A stretch of DNA of 64,000 bases from positions 21,710 through 85,709 of the forward strand of contig JALSKD010000016.1 of the NCBI GenBank assembly GCA_026989015.1, in the 5' to 3' direction. The notes under the pieces were generated by a model. The model was given only the letters and a program-made list of their open reading frames with translations, did no database searches and was not told where the DNA came from. The stretch comes from Gammaproteobacteria bacterium. GTDB lineage: Bacteria > Pseudomonadota > Gammaproteobacteria > GCA-001735895. Of the stretch, positions 8,365 through 16,708 are shown one piece after another. The first letter of the stretch is position 1, and each line of letters opens with the position of its first letter. The position numbers were made by a program, and so were the translations under genes.

Positions 8365-9498
8365 CTGTTCGTTGTATTCCTCTGTCTTGTCGGCCTTGCC
8401 GGACCGTTGGCGGCGCATCAGCTGCGGCCTGCGCTGGCGACAGTATCCTTTGAGCCCGGCGGAACGGTCAAGCTGCGCATCCAGACCAATGCGGAGGCCC
8501 TGCTGGCCGGCATCGACCCGAAGCACCGCAATACCAACGATTCCCCAAGAGCCGGCGAGTACAACCATCTGCGCGGGCTGCCGCCCGAGGCCATCGCGCA
8601 GGCCTTTGCCGGGTTCGCCGAGCGCTATGCGGAGGGGCTGCGGCTGGAGGCGGACAGCGGTGATGGGCAATGGCGGCTGCTGGAATGGCGCTATCGGGGC
8701 ATCGAAGTGCCGCCGGTGGGCGATACCCGGTTGTCGCGCAAGTCGCTGATCCGTTATCAGGGGATTCTGCCGGAGGGTGCGGCCCGCGTGCGCTGGTCCT
8801 ATGCCGCCGACTATGGGGATTCGGTCATCAGCTTCACCCAGCCGGGCCAGCAAGAGCCGGTCAGCTACTGGCTCACCGGCGGGGAACCCAGCCCGGAATA
8901 TGCGCTCGACCGGGTCGTGCAACCCCGTGCCTGGACCGCGGTGGCGGCCGATTATCTGCAGCTGGGTTTCGTCCACATCCTGCCCCGTGGGCTGGATCAC
9001 ATCCTGTTTGTGCTGGGGCTGTTCCTGCTGTCGCGCCGACTCAAGCCGCTGCTGTGGCAGGTGACGGCCTTCACCGTCGCCCACAGCATCACCCTGGCGC
9101 TGTCCATTTACGGCTATATCGACCTGCCATCGACCGTGGTCGAGCCGGCGATCGCCCTGTCCATTGCCTATGTCGGGATCGAAAACATCCTCACCCGCCA
9201 GCTCCACGCCTGGCGGGTGGTCATCGTGTTCCTGTTCGGCCTGTTGCACGGCATGGGCTTTGCCGGGGTGCTGACCGAGCTGGGCCTGCCGGAAAACGAA
9301 TTCGTCACCGCGCTGGTTTCCTTCAACATCGGTGTCGAATTCGGCCAGCTTGCGGTCATCAGCCTGGCCTGGCTCGCGGTGCACCGCATCATGCGTGACG
9401 AGGCGCGCTATCGCCGCTGGGTGGTGGTTCCCGGTTCCCTCGGAATTGCCGTCATGGGCCTGTACTGGACCGTCGAGCGGCTGGGCTGGCTGGGGTGA
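8350..9498 (+). CDS. HupE/UreJ_2-family metal (Ni/Co-type) transporter with large N-terminal periplasmic domain
   Basis: Signal peptide MRPVHLFVVFLCLVGLAGPLAA; C-terminal TM domain with the signature ...FVHILPRGLDHILFVLGLFLL... and ...GLLHGMGFAG.... Confidence 0.6.
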   Translation: MRPVHLFVVFLCLVGLAGPLAAHQLRPALATVSFEPGGTVKLRIQTNAEALLAGIDPKHRNTNDSPRAGEYNHLRGLPPEAIAQAFAGFAERYAEGLRLEADSGDGQWRLLEWRYRGIEVPPVGDTRLSRKSLIRYQGILPEGAARVRWSYAADYGDSVISFTQPGQQEPVSYWLTGGEPSPEYALDRVVQPRAWTAVAADYLQLGFVHILPRGLDHILFVLGLFLLSRRLKPLLWQVTAFTVAHSITLALSIYGYIDLPSTVVEPAIALSIAYVGIENILTRQLHAWRVVIVFLFGLLHGMGFAGVLTELGLPENEFVTALVSFNIGVEFGQLAVISLAWLAVHRIMRDEARYRRWVVVPGSLGIAVMGLYWTVERLGWLG

Positions 9499-9647
9499 TG
9501 CCAGCGCTCCGTTGATCGCTTATGTGCTGCGTGTATACCTGTGTCAGGACCATTCCGCAATGGGTTGTGATAGCATTTCCGGCGGGCCGTGGATGCGGTC
9601 CGGGCAGTACATTCACTTTCAACATTTCTGTAAAGGGAAGAGGGATC

Positions 9648-10223
9648 ATGGATCTTTTCAAGCGTAACATCTTACTTTCAATTCTCCTGGTATCCGTGGC
9701 TTTGACAGGCTGCGGTGGCGGTTCATCGAAATCGGACGATGATACGGGCGGCAGCAACCCTTCACCGGGCACCACGACGCCAAAAAATGTTGCGGCCGCG
9801 GCCAATGGCGCGATGGTGACATCCAGCTATTCAGGCAATGAAAGCTTTGTCATCGACGGGGATACATCGACCACCAATTTCTGGCAAGGCGGTGCGGAGG
9901 GCGATGAAGTCAAGATCACCTTCGACAAGAGCTATGCCGTCAGCCATATCAAGCTGTATACGAACAATACCAGCATCAGTCTCATGGGTGGCGTGCAGGT
10001 GAAAGGCTTTCGTGTCCTGCTGTCCGACGATGACACGAACTACGCGGAGGTGAACATCTATGGCTTCGGAGCAGGAAGCATCTCATGTTCTTCCAGCAGC
10101 ATTGGCAGCGGCGCCATAGAGTGCGAATTACAGCCCAATCAAACCGCTCGGTTTATCAAAATCAAGGTGACCGCGGATTTTGCGACCACCGAGCTGTATG
10201 AAGTGGAAGCCACCGGCAGCTGA
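9648..10223 (+). CDS. Lipoprotein, possible discoidin/F5-8-type-C-like beta-sandwich domain
   Basis: Strong RBS. Lipobox LTGC, then a Gly/Ser/Thr-rich linker. Locally lower GC than the surroundings. Followed by an intrinsic terminator. Confidence 0.5.
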   Translation: MDLFKRNILLSILLVSVALTGCGGGSSKSDDDTGGSNPSPGTTTPKNVAAAANGAMVTSSYSGNESFVIDGDTSTTNFWQGGAEGDEVKITFDKSYAVSHIKLYTNNTSISLMGGVQVKGFRVLLSDDDTNYAEVNIYGFGAGSISCSSSSIGSGAIECELQPNQTARFIKIKVTADFATTELYEVEATGS

Positions 10224-10249
10224 TCGTGCTTGCTGAGCGTGTCATAGGG

Positions 10250-10274
10250 GCCCCGCTGGATGCGGGGCTTTTTT
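10250..10274 (+). terminator. Rho-independent terminator
   Basis: GCCCCGC-tggat-GCGGGGC followed by TTTTTT. Confidence 0.55.
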
Positions 10275-10437
10275 GGTTTCTTCGCGGCTTTGGTAAAGCC
10301 GAGGCTGGATGACAACAGCTGTAGGCCGATAACGGGGGACGCCTTCCCCGCTTGCTTGCGGCAGATGGACGCCCGGCTCTCCATTGAAGGCTTGGGCGGG
10401 TCGGGTTAGTCTGAGCTTCTTTGTCCGGGAGGAGCTC

Positions 10438-10938
10438 ATGAAACACTGTCCCTGGCTGCTGACCGCCGCCGACATCGCATCGATGCCCGGCAAGGTGAAG
10501 ACCCATTTTCTCAACCCCAACGCGGTGCGTCTGAACCGGTCGCTGGGCGATGCGGTGGGCTTGCGCCGTATCGGTGTCCACCGGGTGACGGTGGCGCCCG
10601 GTCGCGAGGCGACGGAATACCACATGCACTGGCATGAGGAGGAGTGCGTGTACATTCTTGCCGGTTCCGGTACGGCGCGCATCGATGGCGAACGGTACGC
10701 GGTCGGCGCGGGGGATTTCATTGGCCTGCCGGCCGGTCAGGCGGCGCATACCCTTGTCAATGACGGGGAGGAGGATCTGGAGCTTCTGGTGATGGGGCAG
10801 CGTCTGGAGCAGGATGTGGCGGATTACCCCGACCGCGGCAAGCGGATTTACCGTCATGCCGATGGCTGGGATCTGGTGGACCGTGAGGCCATCGAACCGG
10901 TGACGCCCACGCTGCCGAAGGCGGGCGATGATAGATAG
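10438..10938 (+). CDS. Cupin-domain protein
   Basis: GGAGG RBS. Cupin motifs ...HMHWHEEECVYILAGSG... and ...GDFIGLPAG.... Confidence 0.6.
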   Translation: MKHCPWLLTAADIASMPGKVKTHFLNPNAVRLNRSLGDAVGLRRIGVHRVTVAPGREATEYHMHWHEEECVYILAGSGTARIDGERYAVGAGDFIGLPAGQAAHTLVNDGEEDLELLVMGQRLEQDVADYPDRGKRIYRHADGWDLVDREAIEPVTPTLPKAGDDR

Positions 10939-11055
10939 TTCTTAACGATCCATAACATAGAAATAATCGTTTTTACATATAACACTGCGCTTGCGAGGAT
11001 GATTCCCGAGCCGTGACTGCCTGTCCGGCCTTTGTCCAATCACCGGAGAATCATC

Positions 11056-12519
11056 ATGAGCAAGAACACCCTTCTGACCACCGCCACCGGATCGCCGGTG
11101 CCCGACGACGACACCAGCATCAGCGCAGGCCCGCGCGGCCCGCTGACTTGGGACAACCACTATACCTTCGAGAAGCTGGCGCATTTCAACCGCGAGCGCA
11201 TCCCCGAGCGGGTGGTGCACGCGCGCGGCACCGGCGCTTACGGCACCTTCACCCTGACCCGCTCGATGAGCGAATGGACCATTGCCGATTTCTTGCAGCG
11301 CGAAGGCGAGCAGACCGAGGCATTCGTGCGGTTTTCCACGGTCGGCGGCGGCCAGGATTCCAGCGACTATGCACGGGATCCGCGCGGCTTTGCGGTCAAG
11401 TTCTACACCGCCGAGGGCAATTACGACATGGTGGGCAACAACACGCCGGTGTTCTTTTTGCGCGATGCCATCAAGTTCCCGGATTTCATCCATTCGCAGA
11501 AGAAGAACCCGCGCAGCAATTTGCCCGATCCGGCGGCGATGTACGAATTCTGGGCCAACCACCCGCAATCGCTGCACCAGGTGACGATCCTGATGTCCGA
11601 TCGGGGCATACCGGCCAGTTATCGGCACATGCACGGCTTCAGTTCGCACACCTTCAGTTTCTGGAATGCCGAGGGCGAGCGTTTCTGGTTCAAATGGCAT
11701 TTCAAGACCGACCAGGGCATCCGCAACCTGAGTCCCGAGGAAGCGGCGGCGATGCCGCCCTTCGGCGCGCAACAGGATCTGGTCGAGGCCATCGACCGGG
11801 GCGATTTCCCCAGCTGGACGGCCAAGGTGCAGATCATGACCGAGGCACAGGCGCGGGACTATCACATCAATCCCTTCGATCTGACCAAGATCTGGCCGCA
11901 CGGCGATTTCCCGCTGATCGAGGTGGGGCGGCTGGAGCTGAACCGCAATGTGGAGAACTATTTCGCCGAGACCGAGCAGGCCTGTTTCGCGCCGAGCAAC
12001 CTGGTACCGGGCATCGGTGCTTCGCCGGACAAGATGCTGCAAGGCCGCCTGCTGGCCTATCAGGACGCGCACCGCTACCGCGTCGGCGTCAATGCCAACC
12101 AGCTGCCGGTGAACGCTGCCCGTTGCCCGGTGCACCACTACCAGCGCGACGGCGCGATGGCCGGCTGCCCGGTGGCCGGCGGCAACAACCAGGGCAGCGG
12201 GGTGAATTTCTATCCCAATGACGGAATCAATGCCGGCGCGCCGGTGCCCGAGCCGCGGGTGGCCGAGCCACCGATGCCGCTGGAGGAGGAGGCCTGGGTG
12301 AACCGCTATCCGGTCGGCGCGGACGAGGACCACTACAGCCAGGCCGGTGACCTGTTCCGGTGGATGGACGATGCGCAGCGCGAAGGGCTGGCTCGCGCCA
12401 TCGCCGAAGGACTGTCACAGGCCAGTCCTTCGGTGCAGGAGCGGATGCTGGAGCAGTTTGCGCGGGCCGATGCCGAGTATGCGGCACGGGTCGAGGCGGC
12501 GCTCAAGGCGCGGGCCTGA
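11056..12519 (+). CDS. katA: Monofunctional heme catalase (small-subunit clade)
   Basis: ...RERIPERVVHARGTGAYGTF... with the distal His/Asn catalase motifs. ~487 aa. Confidence 0.9.
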   Translation: MSKNTLLTTATGSPVPDDDTSISAGPRGPLTWDNHYTFEKLAHFNRERIPERVVHARGTGAYGTFTLTRSMSEWTIADFLQREGEQTEAFVRFSTVGGGQDSSDYARDPRGFAVKFYTAEGNYDMVGNNTPVFFLRDAIKFPDFIHSQKKNPRSNLPDPAAMYEFWANHPQSLHQVTILMSDRGIPASYRHMHGFSSHTFSFWNAEGERFWFKWHFKTDQGIRNLSPEEAAAMPPFGAQQDLVEAIDRGDFPSWTAKVQIMTEAQARDYHINPFDLTKIWPHGDFPLIEVGRLELNRNVENYFAETEQACFAPSNLVPGIGASPDKMLQGRLLAYQDAHRYRVGVNANQLPVNAARCPVHHYQRDGAMAGCPVAGGNNQGSGVNFYPNDGINAGAPVPEPRVAEPPMPLEEEAWVNRYPVGADEDHYSQAGDLFRWMDDAQREGLARAIAEGLSQASPSVQERMLEQFARADAEYAARVEAALKARA

Positions 12520-12539
12520 TTCCGGCTTTCGTGTGCGGA

Positions 12540-12566
12540 GGGCGGCCCATCGGGTCGCCCTTTTCT
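12540..12566 (+). terminator. Probable intrinsic terminator (possibly bidirectional) between the convergent catalase and DUF2063 genes
   Basis: GGGCGGCCC-atc-GGGTCGCCC followed by TTTTCTG. Confidence 0.4.
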
Positions 12567-12577
12567 GTGCCCGTGCT

Positions 12578-13351
12578 TCAGCGAGTGATGCGCGTGATCA
12601 GGCCGTCGTGCAGCCATTGCTTGAGGTAGCCGGCGGCGGCGAGGGCCGCGCTGTCCTCGCCGTGCCATTCCAGCAGGCCTTCGCACAGCTCGGCAAAGGC
12701 CGCGCCGCCGTGGGCGGCTTCCACCGCCCAGGCCTCGGCCGGTTCCAGCGAACGCCAGTGCAGTTGTTCGTCCTGCCGCCACAGCAGCCAGCGTACCGGA
12801 TAGCTGCCGCGTTCCGCCGGTGGTGGGGGCTGTTCGTCCTGCAGCGCCTGGGCAATGGCCACGCTGTTCCACCAGGGGTCGATCCAGCGCAGCGAGGGGT
12901 CGAAGACGAAGCGCAGGGACGGCCAGTCCTCGGGCGGGATGGGGGCCATGTCGTCGAGTCCGGCCCGGCCATCGGCTTCGGGGGCATCGAAGCACAGCCC
13001 CAGCGACCATTCGAAATCGGCCAGCTCGGCCTCGAGTTCGCTGCCGCGCCGGCGCAGGAAGGCGGGCAGGTCCTGTCCGACCCAGCGGATGGAGCGGTGG
13101 CGCGACGGGTGGGCGGCGATGTAGTCGAGGATCAGCGCCTCGAAGGCCGGCTCGCCCAGGTGGCGCTGGAGCAGTGGAAAGTCCTCGCCCAGCGATTCGA
13201 TCAGCCGCAGGCGGTAGGCATTCCAGTAGGCGGCCAGCCGGTGCTCGGCGCGGGCCTGCTCGCTGTCCACCACATGCCGCAGGATGGCTTCATCGTCCTG
13301 CTGCAGGTAGGCCTTGAAGGCGAGCTGGAGCCGGCGCAGGCGGTCGTTCAT
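12578..13351 (-). CDS. DUF2063-family protein (BufC/MbnC-like partner of DUF692 enzymes)
   Basis: Starts [16 protein letters not shown].... Its ATG overlaps the stop of the upstream DUF692 gene (ATGA). The longer ORF-track start (13714) runs antisense into the DUF692 gene and is rejected. Confidence 0.7.
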   Translation of the reverse strand: MNDRLRRLQLAFKAYLQQDDEAILRHVVDSEQARAEHRLAAYWNAYRLRLIESLGEDFPLLQRHLGEPAFEALILDYIAAHPSRHRSIRWVGQDLPAFLRRRGSELEAELADFEWSLGLCFDAPEADGRAGLDDMAPIPPEDWPSLRFVFDPSLRWIDPWWNSVAIAQALQDEQPPPPAERGSYPVRWLLWRQDEQLHWRSLEPAEAWAVEAAHGGAAFAELCEGLLEWHGEDSAALAAAGYLKQWLHDGLITRITR

Positions 13352-14181
13352 GATGCGTCGCGGTAGTAAGGGGCGGCAATGCGCCGGGCCTGATCCAGTT
13401 CTTCCAGCAGTTCGCTCAGCGGAGGGATGTTGGCGTCGCGCTCGATCATCGTCGATACCGGTCCGAGCAGGGCGGCGGTCTGTTCGTAGAGCGCCCAGAC
13501 GCCGTCGACGATGGGTTCGTCGTGGGTGTCGATGATCAGGTTGCCCTGGTTCTGGTGTCCGGCGAGGTGGTGTTGCCAGACCCGTTCGGCGGGTACGCCG
13601 CGGATGTAGTCCAGCGGATCGAAGCCGTGATTGAAGGCACTGACGAAGATGTTGTTCACATCCAGCAGGATGTGGCAGTCGGCGGCCTCGACGATGGCGG
13701 TCAGGAATTCCCACTCGGTCATTTCGTCGTCACGCCAGGTGATGTAGCTGGAGAGGTTCTCGATCAGCATCGGCCGGCCGATGAAGTCCTGCACCTCGGC
13801 GATGCGATCCGCCACATGGCGCACCGTGTCTTCGGTATAGGGCAGGGGCAGCAGGTCGTGCAGGTTCTGGTGATCGACGCCGGTCCAGCACAGGTGATCG
13901 GAGAACCAGGCCGGTTCGATGCGGTCGGCCAGCGCCTTGAGCCGCTGCAGGTAGTCGCGGTCCAGTGGGTCGGTGCTGCCCAGCGACAGGGATACGCCGT
14001 GCATGACCATCGGGTAGTCGGCACGGATGCGGTCGAGATAGCGCAGCGGCTTGCCACCCTCGACCATGAAATTTTCGGAAATGATCTCGAACCAGTCGAT
14101 GCCCTCGGGCTTGAGTTCGAGGATGTCTTCGTAGTGATCGGGCCGCAGGCCCAGGCCGAAGCCAAGAAAGGGTGTGTCCAT
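13348..14181 (-). CDS. DUF692-family (MbnB/TglH-like, TIM-barrel non-heme iron) peptide-modifying enzyme
   Basis: [20 protein letters not shown]... is a typical DUF692 N-terminus. ATG at 14181; the ORF-track start at 14217 is TTG. Confidence 0.8.
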   Translation of the reverse strand: MDTPFLGFGLGLRPDHYEDILELKPEGIDWFEIISENFMVEGGKPLRYLDRIRADYPMVMHGVSLSLGSTDPLDRDYLQRLKALADRIEPAWFSDHLCWTGVDHQNLHDLLPLPYTEDTVRHVADRIAEVQDFIGRPMLIENLSSYITWRDDEMTEWEFLTAIVEAADCHILLDVNNIFVSAFNHGFDPLDYIRGVPAERVWQHHLAGHQNQGNLIIDTHDEPIVDGVWALYEQTAALLGPVSTMIERDANIPPLSELLEELDQARRIAAPYYRDAS

Positions 14182-14198
14182 GAGGAATGACGAGTTGA

Positions 14199-14229
14199 CG
14201 AAAACAGACACCGCCAAGGGGCGGTGCCT
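14199..14229 (-). terminator. Candidate partial terminator/attenuator hairpin between precursor gene and modifying enzyme
   Basis: On the minus strand: GGCACCGCC-ctt-GGCGGTGTC, followed by TGTTTTCG. This lies between the DUF2282 gene stop and the DUF692 gene start. Confidence 0.3.
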
Positions 14230-14250
14230 GTTCCGTTCGGGACGAGGTCT

Positions 14251-14517
14251 TTACTTCTTCATCATTTCGAACTTGCCGCCCTTCTCGTCACATTCGGCCT
14301 TGGTGGCCTTGACCCAGCCCTGACCCTTGCAGGCGTTCTGGCCGGCACAGGCGTTGGTGGCGGTGGCGCAGGCGGTCTGGCCCTTGCAGCTGTTGATGCC
14401 GAAGCATTTGCCGGCCTTGTGGGCGGCGGCATTGGCGTTCATCGGGGCCACGGCGAACATCAGGGCGGCGGTGGCGGCCAGAGTGGCGCCGGTGACTTTC
14501 TTTGCAGTGTGATCCAT
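14251..14517 (-). CDS. DUF2282-family secreted Cys-rich small protein (bufferin BufA-like RiPP precursor candidate)
   Basis: Sec signal peptide ...AAPMNANA, then the mature region KCFGINSCKGQTACATATNACAGQNACKGQGWVKATKAECDEKGG. It is the first gene upstream of DUF692 + DUF2063 on the same strand. Confidence 0.75.
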   Translation of the reverse strand: MDHTAKKVTGATLAATAALMFAVAPMNANAAAHKAGKCFGINSCKGQTACATATNACAGQNACKGQGWVKATKAECDEKGGKFEMMKK

Positions 14518-14592
14518 GAGTCGTTCCTCTGTTGGATGATGATTGACAAGTGTGTGTGCGGGGCAGGCACTGCTCGGCTTGCCCTGTACGCC

Positions 14593-14650
14593 GAATTAGA
14601 ACACAGCCTTCCGGGCCGGTTCGCACGGAATTCTAACAAAAACCTAACAT
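14593..14650 (-). promoter_or_regulatory. Candidate regulator-binding direct repeats in the promoter region of the DUF2282 gene
   Basis: GAATTAGAACA (14593-14603), GAATTCTAACA (14628-14638) and CCTAACA (~14643-14649) in a 165-bp AT-richer intergenic region. Confidence 0.2.
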
Positions 14651-14682
14651 TTGATTCAGTACGGTTATTATCGGTCGATGGG

Positions 14683-15198
14683 TCACGGGCGGTATTTGCG
14701 CAACACCATCAAATCGCCCCGCTGCAGCAGGTCCATCTGTTTGATCACATTCATGCCGAGCAGGGCCTGATCGTCATCCAGACCCGGGTTGAGGCTGGCT
14801 TTGATATCGCGGAACTCGATGTCGCCGAGTTTCAGCGAATCGATGGTGGTCAGATAGGCGTCCGCGGTGCCGTTGGCGGTGGAGACCCGAAAACGCGGCC
14901 CGATCGGCAGGCCCAGCGGCTTCGCCCAGGACAGCGGCAGGCTGGTGGTGGTGGCCCCGGTATCGACCAGGAAGGTGACCGTCTTGCCGTTGATCTGCCC
15001 GTTGAGCAGGTAATGTCCCTGGCGGTTGCGGCGCAGCACGATTTCCTCGTAGGCGTCGGTGCGGCGGGTTTCCAGCTCGCGGTTGGGGTTGTACTCGCCG
15101 TCCAGGTAGCGCTGGAACACCAGTGCCAGCACGATGAAAAAGATGATCCACCCGCCCCAGATGAACGCGGTGCCGAGTTGTTTGGTAGAATGCGCCAT
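14683..15198 (-). CDS. Retropepsin-like (clan AA, TIGR02281-type) membrane-anchored aspartic protease
   Basis: N-terminal TM helix, then the FLVDTGATTTSL active-site motif. Confidence 0.6.
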   Translation of the reverse strand: MAHSTKQLGTAFIWGGWIIFFIVLALVFQRYLDGEYNPNRELETRRTDAYEEIVLRRNRQGHYLLNGQINGKTVTFLVDTGATTTSLPLSWAKPLGLPIGPRFRVSTANGTADAYLTTIDSLKLGDIEFRDIKASLNPGLDDDQALLGMNVIKQMDLLQRGDLMVLRKYRP

Positions 15199-15245
15199 CC
15201 GTGCGATTGTAGCGCAACCACCGATTCATCCGCAGAGATTCATCC

Positions 15246-16343
15246 ATGTCCGGGAACAGTTTTGGGAAACTCTTTGTCGTCACTTCCTTTGGCGAGAGCC
15301 ACGGCCCGGCCATCGGCTGCATCGTCGATGGCTGCCCGCCGGGGCTTGAACTGTCGGAGGCCGACCTGCAGGGCGACCTGGACCGGCGCAAGCCCGGCAC
15401 CTCGCGCCACACCACCCAGCGCCGCGAGGGCGATGTGGTGCAGATCCTCTCCGGCGTGTTCGAGGGACGCACCACCGGTACGCCCATCGGGCTGCTGATC
15501 CACAACACCGACCAGCGCTCGAAGGATTACAGCGACATCATGGACCGCTTCCGGCCCGGCCATGCGGACTATACCTATACGCAGAAATACGGCTTCCGCG
15601 ATTACCGCGGCGGCGGCCGCTCCTCGGCACGGGAAACCGCGATGCGCGTCGCCGCCGGCGGCATCGCCAGGAAATACCTGGCCGAACTGCTGGGCATCCG
15701 CATCCGTGGCTACCTGTCGCAGCTGGGGCCCATCGCCATCGAACTGAAGGACTGGGAGGCCGTCGGCAAAAACCCCTTCTTTGCCCCGGACCCGGACAAG
15801 GTGCCGGAGCTGGAAGCCTACATGGACGCGCTACGCAAGGAGGGCAACTCGGTGGGCGCTCGGGTCAGCGTGGTGGCCGAGGGCGTGCCGCCGGGGCTGG
15901 GCGAGCCCATCTTCGACCGGCTCGACGCCGACATCGCCCACGCCATGATGAGCATCAACGCGGTCAAGGGTGTGGAGATCGGCGCCGGCTTCGCCAGCGT
16001 GGCCCAGAAGGGCACCGAACACCGCGATGAGATCACCCCCGAGGGCTTTCTCTCCAACCACGCGGGTGGCGTGCTGGGCGGCATCTCCTCGGGTCAGGAC
16101 ATCCTCGTCGATATCGCCCTCAAGCCCACCTCCAGCCTGCGTCTGCCCGGGCGTTCGGTGAACCTGCGCGGCGAGGCGGTGGAAGTCGTCACCAAGGGGC
16201 GGCACGATCCCTGCGTCGGCATCCGCGCCACCCCCATCGCCGAAGCCATGCTCGCCATCGTGCTGATGGACCACTACCTGCGCCACCGTGCCCAGAACGG
16301 CGATGTGCTCTGCGAAACACCGGTGATTCCGGCCAAACCCTGA
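15246..16343 (+). CDS. aroC: Chorismate synthase
   Basis: [33 protein letters not shown].... Confidence 0.9.
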   Translation: MSGNSFGKLFVVTSFGESHGPAIGCIVDGCPPGLELSEADLQGDLDRRKPGTSRHTTQRREGDVVQILSGVFEGRTTGTPIGLLIHNTDQRSKDYSDIMDRFRPGHADYTYTQKYGFRDYRGGGRSSARETAMRVAAGGIARKYLAELLGIRIRGYLSQLGPIAIELKDWEAVGKNPFFAPDPDKVPELEAYMDALRKEGNSVGARVSVVAEGVPPGLGEPIFDRLDADIAHAMMSINAVKGVEIGAGFASVAQKGTEHRDEITPEGFLSNHAGGVLGGISSGQDILVDIALKPTSSLRLPGRSVNLRGEAVEVVTKGRHDPCVGIRATPIAEAMLAIVLMDHYLRHRAQNGDVLCETPVIPAKP

Positions 16344-16354
16344 TGGAGGTTGTC

Positions 16355-16636
16355 ATGAAACGAGTCTTCCTGCTGAGTGCCCTTCTGTTATTGCTCGTCG
16401 GTTGCAGCGAGGAGCAGCAGAACAAGCTGTCGCGCATCGGCGTGACCTGGCTGGAGGGGAATTACCGCGTGACCTATGCCGACGGCCAGCATGTGAAGAG
16501 CTGGGTCGTGCGTGACGGCAAGGTGACCTCGGAACCGGCCAAGGGCTACTACTATTTCTGGACCCGGGATGCGCAGGGCAAGAAACGCTATGTGCAAACG
16601 CCGATCGGGCGTACCTATATCGAGGAGATCGAGTAG
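16355..16636 (+). CDS. Small lipoprotein, unknown function
   Basis: GGAGG RBS; MKRVFLLSALLLLLVGCSEEQ lipobox. Confidence 0.5.
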   Translation: MKRVFLLSALLLLLVGCSEEQQNKLSRIGVTWLEGNYRVTYADGQHVKSWVVRDGKVTSEPAKGYYYFWTRDAQGKKRYVQTPIGRTYIEEIE

Positions 16637-16708
16637 GGACGGCGGCGCGGTTCGCGGTGCGGCCGCCGGCCGCGCCGCTGATCCGCCTTCCCGATTGCGA
16701 ACAACCCG

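Noticed and set aside
8365-9384. Upper 340 codons of the 617-aa minus ORF 7531..9384
   Set aside because: Antisense to the HupE/UreJ_2 gene. The recognisable DUF4198 protein begins at MNRAHG (8364) or the downstream GTG.
10939-11055. AT-rich catalase upstream region scanned for OxyR (ATAG-N7-CTAT x2) or Fur boxes
   Set aside because: Only partial ATAG/ATAA elements; no convincing tetranucleotide array or 19-bp Fur palindrome.
10942-12333. 463-aa minus ORF, and 402-aa plus ORF 11013..12221
   Set aside because: Overlap the catalase gene in other frames; only the catalase frame has homology.
12860-13540. One-base discrepancy between my reading of the printed sequence and ORF-track coordinates around 13.3-13.5 kb
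   Set aside because: Treated as a reading/format artefact. ORF-track coordinates are internally consistent (the ATGA overlap at 13348-13351) and were used.
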